Assembly: GCA_964016885.1 (NCBI GenBank)
Contig: OZ024741.1
Coordinates: forward strand, 213,466,001-213,530,000
Length of the DNA stretch: 64,000 bases
Direction of reading: 5' to 3'
Origin: Eledone cirrhosa
Taxonomy: Eukaryota
Made by a program: the position numbers and the translations under genes. The notes under the pieces were generated by a model that saw only the letters and a program-made list of their open reading frames with translations, ran no database searches and was not told where the DNA came from. Positions 54,591 through 64,000 of the stretch are shown in pieces (within the stretch, counting starts at the first letter, position 1; every line of letters starts with the position of its first letter).

Positions 54591-54893
54591 CTTGAAGTGT
54601 GTATATATATGTATGTGTGTGTGTCTTGAAGTGTGTATATATATGTATGTGTGTGACTGTTTATATGTATATATATATGTATATGTGTGTGTGTGTGTGT
54701 TTATGTGTATATATATGTGAGTGCGTGTGTGTGTGTTGAAGTGTATATATATATGTGAGTGCGTGTGTGTCTTGATGTGTGTATATATACTGTGTGTGTG
54801 TGTCTGTGTGCGTGTTTGTGTGTGTGTTTATGTGTATATGTACGTGTATGTGTGAGTTTGTGCGCACGAGTAATATTTGTAACGACAACCTAA

Positions 54894-54987
54894 CTAGATC
54901 ACGCAAGCTGTCTTAAAAGTAGTGTGTTGTTGTTGTTGTTGATTTTGGTCGAAAACTCCGCCCACTGACGACGTGGTTGATGAGGTG
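54894..54987 (-). CDS. Possible terminal exon of a host gene (..TSSTTSSVGGVFDQNQQQQQHTTFKTACVI*)
   Basis: Unique island; long polypyrimidine tract ending acattcag, then 1 nt + 30 open codons + TAG; no homology recognised. Confidence 0.3.
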
Positions 54988-55491
54988 CTGAATGTGAGTG
55001 AGATAAGAGTGGAGGGGAGAGGTGGAGAAAGAGAGTGAAGGGGTGAGAGTGGAGGGGAGAGAGTGGAGGGGAGGGGAGAGGGGGAGAGTGAAGGGGAGAG
55101 GGGGTGGAGAGGGGTTGTGGTTGGGGTGGGGGTGGGGGTGGGGTTGGATAAGAAGAATGAAAAAGATTTAAAGTGAGAGAACGTATAGCGAGAAGTTATG
55201 AGGTGAAAGAAAGAGAGAGTGAGAGACAGAGAGAGTGATAGAAAGAGAGAGAGAAAGAGAAAGAAAGAAAGAGAAAGAGAGAGAATGATGTGGTGAATGA
55301 AAGATAGAAATATTGATATAAGGAGAAGTGACTATATATATATATTTCTCTCTCTCTATATATATATATACACACACATATATATATATATACACACACA
55401 CATACATATTCATACACACACACACATACACACACACATATATATATATATACACACACATATACATATTCATACATACACATACACACAC

Positions 55492-55526
<35 letters not shown>

Positions 55527-55559
55527 TATATATACACACATACACACACACACAAATAC

Positions 55560-56800
55560 ATATATATGTATGTGTGTATGTATGTGTAAGTAAATTTGGA
55601 GGGGTTGATATAGTTGGGTGTGTGTATGTGTGTGTATATGTGTGTGTATATGTGTGTGTATATGTGTGTTTTAGTAGAGTTTTAGAGGTAGTTATGTGTG
55701 TGTGTATGTATGTGTGTGTGCATGTGTATGTGTGTGTATGTGTCAGCAGAGTTGGAGAGGTAGATATGGGTATGAGTATGTGTGAAAGTATGTGTATGTA
55801 TGTGTGTGTATGTTTGTGTGCATGTGTGTGTGTGTATGTATGTGTGCATGTGTGTGTATTTGTATGTGTGTATGTGTGTCAGCAGAGTTGGAGAGGTAGG
55901 TATGAGTGTGTGTGTGTGTGTGTATATGTGTGTATGTATGAATGTATATGTATGTGTATATGTGTGTATATGTATGTGTGTATGTGTGTATGCATATATG
56001 TATATGTGTGTGTGTATGTATGTGTGTATGTGTATATGTATGTGTGTATGTATGTATGCGTGTGTCTATATGTATGTGTGTATGTGTGTATATGTATGTC
56101 AGCAGAGTTACGCAGATATGAGTGTGTGTGTGTATGTATATATGTGTGTAAGTATATACATGTGTGTGTATATGTATGTGTGTTTAGCAGAGTTACAGAG
56201 ATATGAGTGTGTGTGTGTGTATATATATATGTGTATGTATATATATATGTATGTATATGTATGTGTGTGTAGCAGAGTTCCAGAGGTATGAGAGTGTGTA
56301 TATATATATATATATATGTGCGTGTGTATATGTATCTATGTGTGTGTATGTGTATATGTGTGTATGTGTATATGTGTATGTATATGTATGTGTGTGCAGC
56401 CGAGTTTCAGAGGTATGAGTGTGTGTGTGTGTATGTATATATGTGTGTGTGTATATATATGTGTGTGTGTGTATGTATGTGTAGCAGAGTTAAAGAGGTA
56501 TGAGTGTGTGTGTATGTATGTGTGTATGTATATATATATATATATGTGTATATGTATGTGTGTGTATATGTATGTGTGTGTGTGTCTGTATATATGTGTG
56601 TATGTATATATGTTGTGTATAGGTATGTGTGTGTAGCAGAGTTACAGAGGTATGAGTATGTGTGTATGTATATATGTGTATGTATGTATATATATATATG
56701 TGTGTGTATGTATGTATGTGTGTGTGTATTTATATATGTGAGTATGTATACATGTGTGTGTATATGTATGTGTGTGTAGCAGTGCTACAGAGGTATGAGT
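55560..56800. repeat. (TG/TA)n satellite punctuated by an agcagagttacagaggtatgag motif
   Basis: Motif recurs about 10 times at variable spacing. Confidence 0.85.
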
Positions 56801-56917
56801 GTGAGATGATTACATGTAATAGGTAGGAGTAGATGTGATATAAGAACCCAGTAAAGTTTGACTGACAGCTAGATGTTATCATATGTTGACATATTCCAGC
56901 ACTGAGGCAGGAGAATA

Positions 56918-59900
56918 GTACTGTAGTAGTGGTGGTGGTGGTAACATAGTGGTAGTGTAGTGTGGTGTGGTGGTTGTAGTACTGTAGTAGTGGTGGTGGT
57001 AACATAGTGGTAGTGTAGTGTGGTGTGGTGGTTGTAGTACTGTAGTAGTGGTGGTGGTGGTAACATAGTGGTAGTGTAGTGTGGTGTGGTGGTTGTAGTA
57101 CTGTAGTAGTGGTGGTGGTAACATAGTGGTAGTGTAGTGTGGTGTGGTGGTTGTAGTACTGTAGTGGTGGTGGTGGTAACATAGTGGTAGTGTAGTGTGG
57201 TGTGGTGGTTGTAGTACTGTAGTAGTGGTGTTGGTAACACAGTGTTAATGTAGCGTGGTAGTGGTAGTAGTGGTGTTGGTAACATAGTGTAGTTTTGCGG
57301 TTGTAGTACTGTAGTAGTGGTGCTGGTAACACAGTATTACATAGTATAGTGTGGGGGCTGTAGTACCGTAGTAGTGGTGTTGGTAACTCAGTGTTACATA
57401 GTATAGTGTGTGGCTGTAGTACCGTAGTAGTGGCGTTAGCAATGAAGTATATGATCATTCTTGTAGTAGTGACGGCTGTAGTAACGTTATAGAGAATGTA
57501 GTATAAGTTGTAGTAGTGTAGAGTAGTGTTATGTTCCAGCAATGAGGCAGTAGTGGTGTTGGTAACACAGTATTGAATATTAGAGTGCGGTGGTTGTAGT
57601 ATTGTAGTTGCGGCTATAGTAGAATGTGTGTGGTGTAGTGTAATGTGTAGTAGTGGTTGTAGATAACACAAGGTATAGGTTGTAGTATAGTGTGGGGCAG
57701 TATAATGTGTTGCAGTGATTGTAAATAACACAATGTATAGGTTGTAGTATAGTGTGGTGTAGTGTAATGTGTAGCAATGGTTGTAAATAACACAATGTAT
57801 AGGTTGTAGTATAGTGTGGTGTAGTGTAATGTGTAGTAGTGGTTGTAGATAACACAATGTATAGGTTGTAGTATAGTGTGGTGTAGTGTAATGGGTAATC
57901 TAACGTGTAGTAGTGGTTGTAGATAACACAAAGTATAGGTTGTAGTAGAGTGTGGTGTAGTATAATGTGTAGTAGTGGTTGTAGATAACACAATGTATAG
58001 GTTGTAGTAGAATGTGGTGTAGTGTAATGTGTAGCAGTGGTTGTAGATAACACAATGCATAGGTTGTAGTATAATGTGGTGTAGTGTGATGTGTAGTAGT
58101 GGTTGTAGATAACACAATGTATAGGTTGTAGTATAGTGTAGTGTAATGGGTAGTCTAATGTGTAGTAGTGGTTGTAGATAACACAAAGTATAGGTTGTAG
58201 TAGAATGTGGTGTAGTATAATGTGTAGTAGTGGTTGTAGATAACACAATGTATAGGTTGTAGTAGAATGTTGTGTAGTGTAATGTGTAGCAGTGGTTGTA
58301 GATAACACAATGCATAGGTTGTAGTATAGTGTGGTGTAGTGTAATGGGTAGTTTAATGTGTAGTAGTGGTTGTAGATAACACAATGTATAGGTTGTAGTA
58401 TAGTGTGGTGTAATGTAAGGTGTAGTAGTGGTTGTAGATAACATAATGCATAGGTTGGAGTAGAGTGTGGTGTAGTGTAATGTGTAGTAGTGGTTGTAGA
58501 TAACACAATGTATAGGTTGTAGTATAGTGTGGTGTAGTGTTGTGGTACTATGCAGTGTAATGCGTAGTAGTAGTTATTGGTATAGGTTGTAGTAGAGAGT
58601 GATGTAGTGTAATATGTGGTAGTGTGTGTTGTAATATGTGGTAGTGTTTAGTAGTAGTTATAGGTAACACAGTGTATAGGTTGTAGTACAGAATAATGTC
58701 GTGTCATGTGTAGTAGTGGTTACACAGTGTATAGGTGGTAGTTCAGTGTGGTATAGTATGATGTGTAATGTAGTGTAGTAGTGTTTATAGGCAACACTGT
58801 ATAGGTGGTAGTAGAGTGTGGTGTATTGTGTAGTAGTGTTTATAGAAAACACTGTATAGGTGGTAGTAGAGTGTGGTGTAGTGTGTAGTAGTTTTTATAG
58901 ACAACACTGTATAGGTAGTAGTACAGTGTAGTGTAGTGTGTAGTAGTGTTTATAGACAACACTGTATAGGTGGTAGTAGAGTGTGGTGTAGTGTGTAGTA
59001 GTGTTTATAGACAGCACTGTATAGGTGGTATTACATTGTGGTGTAGTGTTTATAGACAACACTGTATAGGTGGTAGTAGAGTAGTAGAGTAGTGTTTATA
59101 GACACCACTGTATAGGTGGTAGTACAGTGTAGTGTGTAGTAGTGTTTATAGACAACGTTGTATAGGTGTAGTACAGTGTAGTGTAGTGTGTAGTACTGTT
59201 TATAGACAACACTGTATAGGTGGTAGTAGAGTGTAGTGTAGTGTGTAGTAGTGTTTATAGACAACACGGTATAGGTGGTAGTACAGTGTTGTGTAGTAGT
59301 GTTTATATACAACACTGTATAGGTAGTAGTACAGTGTAGTGTGTAGTAGTGTTTATAGACAACACTGTATAGGTGGTAATACAGTGTAGTGTAGTGTGTA
59401 GTAGTGTTTATAGACAACACTGTATAGGCGGTAGTACAGCGTAGTGTAGTGTGTAGTAGTGTTTATAGACAACACTGTATAGGTGGTAGTAGAGTGGGGT
59501 GTAGTGTGTAGTAGTGTTTATATACAACACTGTATAGCTGGTAGTACAGTGTAGTGTAGTGTGTAGTAGTGTTTATATATAACAATGTATAGGTGGTAGT
59601 ACAGTGTAGTGTAGTGTGTAGTAGTGTTTATAAACAACACTGTATAGTTGGTAGTGTAGTGTGTAGTAGTGTTTATAGACAACAATGTATAGGTGGTAGT
59701 ACAGTGTAGTGTAGTGTGTAGTAGTGTTTATAGACAACACTGTATAGGTGGTAGTACAATGTAGTGTAGTGTGTAGTAGTGTTTATAGACAACACTGTAT
59801 AGGTGGTAGTACAGTGTAGTGTAGTGTGTAGTAGTGTTTATAGACAACACTGTATATGTGGTAGTACAGTGTAGTGTGTAGTAGTGTTTATAGACAACCC

Positions 59901-60595
59901 TGTATAGGTGGTAGTACAGTGTAGTGTAGTATGTAGTAGTGTTTATATACACCACTGTATAGGTGGTAGTACAGCGTAGTGTAGTGTGTAGTAGTGTTTA
60001 TAGACAACACTGTATATGTGGTAGTACAGTGTGGTGTAGTGTGTAGTAGTGTTTATAGACAACGCTGTATAGGTGGTAGTACAGTGTCACTACACTGTAC
60101 TGTAGTAGTGTTTATAGACAACACTGTATAGGTGGTAGTACAGTGTAGTGTAGTCTGTAGTAGTGTTTATATACACCACTGTATAGGTGGTAGTACAGCG
60201 TAGTGTAGTGTGTAGTAGTGTTTATAGACAACCCTGTATAGGTGGTAGTACAGTGAAGTGTAGTGTGTAGTAGTGTTTATAGACAACCCTCTATAGGTGG
60301 TAGTACAGTGTAGTGTGTAGTAGTGTTTATAGACAACACTGTATAGGTGGTAGTAGAGTGTAGTGTAGTGTGTAGTAGTGTTTATGGGCAACACTGTATA
60401 GGCGGTAGTACAGTGTAGTGTAGTGTGTAGTAGTGTTTATAGACAACACTGTATAGGTGGTAGTAGAGTGTGGTGTAGTGTGTAGTAGTGTTTATGGGCA
60501 ACACTGTATAGGTGGTAGTACAGTGTAGTGTAGTGTGTAGTAGTGTTTATAGACAACACTGTATAGGTGGTAGTAGAGTGTGGTGTAGTGTGTAG
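56918..60595. repeat. GTA/GTG-rich minisatellites, ~55-62-bp units in three related sub-arrays
   Basis: e.g. gtagtagtgtttatagacaacactgtataggtggtagtacagtgtagtgtagtgt. Confidence 0.95.
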
Positions 60596-60674
60596 GTGGA
60601 ATAAATGCTGTACGCAGCGTGTGTGGATATGTGACACACTCTGTGTGTATGAATGCGTGTGGATATTGCACAAC

Positions 60675-60758
<84 letters not shown>

Positions 60759-60896
60759 TTTGTGTGTGTGTGTGTGTGAATACTACACAACAGTGTATGT
60801 ATGTGTGTGTATATTAGTGTGTATCAGTATGCGTATGCGACAGCATGTATAAGTGTACGCACTACTTTGCAATATATGTGCATGTTTGCATGTATG

Positions 60897-60965
<69 letters not shown>

Positions 60966-61129
60966 GGGTATCCATGCGAGTGTAACTTTGCGCCTGCATA
61001 CGTGTGTGTCTGCGTGCGTGCATGTGTGTGCGCGCGTGTGTGTGCGTTTGTTTGCTTGTATGATTATGTGTATGCATGCGTGCGTCTCTATGGATAAGCA
61101 GAGGTTAGCAAGAGCACACCTGTGCATCT

Positions 61130-61131
61130 TT

Positions 61132-61179
<48 letters not shown>

Positions 61180-63245
61180 TACTGCTACCACCACTGTAAA
61201 TACTGCCGCAGTCCCCACCACCGCCGCCATCGCAATTATCGCCGTCACCGCTACCAACACCACCACCACCATCACTACTAACACCACCACCACCATCACT
61301 ACTAACACCACCACCACCATCACTACTAACACCACCACCACCACCATCACTACTAACACCACCACCACCATCACTATAAACACCAACACCACCATCAACA
61401 TCAACACCACCACCACTATCACTACTAACACCACCACCACCATGACTACTAACACCACCACCACCATCACTACTAACACCACCACCACCATCACTACCAA
61501 CACCACCACCACCATGACTACTAACACCACCACCACCATCACTACTAACACCACCACAACCATCACTACTAACACCACCACCACCATCACTACTAACAAC
61601 ACCACCACCATCACTACTAACACCACCACCACCATCACTACTAACACCACCACCACCATCACTACTAACACCACCACAACCATCACTACTAACACCACCA
61701 CCACCATCACTACTAACACCACCACAACCATCACTACTAACACCACCACCACCATCACTACTAACACCACCACCACCATCACTACTAACACCACCACCAC
61801 CATCACTACTAACACCACCACAACCATCACTACTAACACCACCACCACCATCACTACTAACAACACCACCACCATCACTACTAACACCACCACCACCATC
61901 ACTACTAACACCACCACCACCATCACTACTAACACCACCACAACCATCACTACTAACACCACCACCACCATCACTACTAACACCACCACAACCATCACTA
62001 CTAACACCACCACCACCATCACTACTAACACCACCACAACCATCACTACTAACACCACCACCACCATCACCACTAACACCACCACAACCATCACTACTAA
62101 CACCACCACCACCATCACTACTAACACCACCACCACCATCACTACTAACACCACCACCACCATCACTACTAACACCACCACCACCATCACTACTAACACC
62201 ACCACAACCATCACTACTAACACCACCACCACCATCACTACTAACACCACCACAACCATCACTACTAACACCACCACCACCATCACTACCACCACCAACA
62301 GCACCATCACTACCAACACCACCACCACCATCACTACCACCACCACCACCATCATCACTACCAACACCAACACCATCATCACTACCAACATCACCACCAC
62401 CATCACTACCACCAACACCACCACCACCATCACTACCACCACCGCCACCATCATCACTACCAACACCACCACCATCATCACTACCAACACCACCACCACC
62501 ATCACTACCAACACCACCACCATCATCACTACCAACACCACCACCACCATCACTACCAACACCACCACCATCATCACTACCAACACCACCACCACCATCA
62601 CTACCATCACCACCATCACTACCAACACCACCACCATCACTACCAACATAATCACCACTATTACCAACGCCATCATCACTATCACCATAATCATCATATG
62701 TACCCCCACCAACAACAACAACAACACCACCACCACCACCATCACCACCACCTTCACCACAACCTTCACCACCACCACCAACAGCACCACCACCACCACC
62801 ATCACCCCCACCACCACCTCTATCACCACTACCATAATCGTCACCATAACTACCACTACCACCACCGCAACCACTATTCCTATTAACAAGCATCTCCCAC
62901 CACCTCTACCATTATTACCATAATCATAACTACCCCCACTATCACCACTACTATGACCATCACCACTACCATAATCATCACCAGCGCCATCACTACCATC
63001 ACTACCACCACCACTATTACCAGCAGCAGCGCCACCACCACATCTACCACCATTACTATAGTCATCACCACCACCATCAGAAACACCTCTACCACCACCA
63101 TAACTACCACCACCACCATCACCATCACCACCACCACCATCACCATAACTACCACCACCACCACCTCCTCCGCCATCACCACCACCACCACCACCACCAC
63201 CACCTCTACCACCACCACCACCATACCTACCACCACTACCACTAC
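61130..63245. repeat. 24-bp minisatellite (aacaccaccaccaccatcactact)n with CAC-rich flanks
   Basis: Direct inspection. Confidence 0.95.
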
Positions 63246-63839
63246 TGACACTACATTTTCAGAAATAATATGCCATTAACAAATGGGAGATATAGTAAGA
63301 TATAATTTAGTTAACTGCTTGGATAGCAGGGTAGGAGGAAGGGGAGAGGAGGAGAAGGAACAGGTGAATGCTGAGGTGGGAAAAGAACTGGTGAGGAAAA
63401 CAGGTGAGAATTGAAGAGTAAGGTGGAGGCTAAAGAGAGTGAGAGGGGGTGGGGAGAGAAAGAAAGATGGGGAGGAGTGAAAACGAGAAATGCAATACAA
63501 ATAGACTTGCTACATTCATAGCTTGTACTGTTGTAGTTTAGTGAAGCTGTGTTGGCTAAGATGTTAGCGTATTTGGCTCCTCGGTGTATCAGGAGTTCGA
63601 TTTCCGGCGGCGCCTTATGTCATTCAGCAACGCTCTTTATTTCATGTTGTTTTATAATCTAATCTAATTTGGCCGAGCTTACACTCGCAAATAAGAACCA
63701 GGACCGACCCTAGGAGTATTGTGTGTGTGTGTGACAGCTCACACCTATGCAGGCTTAGCTGGCCTCCTCCAAGGTATATCTTGTTGGAGGTGTCTTGGGT
63801 AATTTAATGATAGGGACGCCAGTCCTATCATCTCATTTC

Positions 63840-63972
63840 TACAGCTGGGTAAACTGGAGCAACGTGAAATAAAGTGTTTTGCTCAAGGAAACAACACATC
63901 CCCCGGTCCGAGAATTGAACTCACAACCTTTCGATTGCAAGCCCAATGCTCTTACCACTAAGCCATGCGCCT
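63840..63972 (-). mobile_element. tRNA-derived SINE (second family)
   Basis: Minus strand ggcgcatggcttagtggtaagagc (A box) ... gagttcaattctc (B box). Confidence 0.75.
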
Positions 63973-64000
63973 TAGATTTGGTGTACTTCATATCTGTTAC

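Noticed and set aside
56730-60673. His/Tyr/Thr-rich ORFs
   Set aside because: Translation of GTA/GTG minisatellites
61088-63279. 601-aa Gly/Ser/Asp ORF and 493-aa Thr-rich ORF
   Set aside because: 24-bp minisatellite open on both strands; coding cannot be supported without RNA data
63260-63292. Possible plus-strand micro-exon (ttttcag...gtaaga)
   Set aside because: Too short; such signals arise by chance

Overview
Very repeat-rich, AT-rich animal DNA; microsatellite density and SINE style suggest a coleoid cephalopod (Octopus-like), which is an inference. No confidently identifiable host gene; nearly all long ORFs in the track are microsatellite or minisatellite artefacts. Recognisable content: a degraded autonomous Helitron (Rep+Pif1 helicase, 18.45-24.65 kb) followed head-to-tail by an internally deleted copy; a non-autonomous Helitron (3.5-4.9 kb); a near full-length degraded L1/Tx1-clade LINE (26.5-32.4 kb); R4/Dong, CRE-like, RTE and Penelope (GIY-YIG, RT) fragments; and about 30 copies of a tRNA-derived SINE, often in same-orientation arrays. 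The most interesting signals are outside the ORF track. (1) About 14 type I hammerhead-ribozyme (HHR) motifs plus several half-motifs, including a 316-nt tandem/inverted unit at 6.66-7.83 kb whose HHR has the rare U3-A8 core (UUGAUAA) and a ~30-bp stem I: a candidate non-LTR retrozyme / circRNA generator. (2) The SINE 3' end matches the Tx1 LINE 3' end with identical spacing (CCTTGTG-N8-AGAAA-N3-(TTA)n), suggesting a Tx1-mobilised, (TTA)n-targeted SINE that builds its own arrays. All structures were read by eye; no folding, alignment or database search was run.
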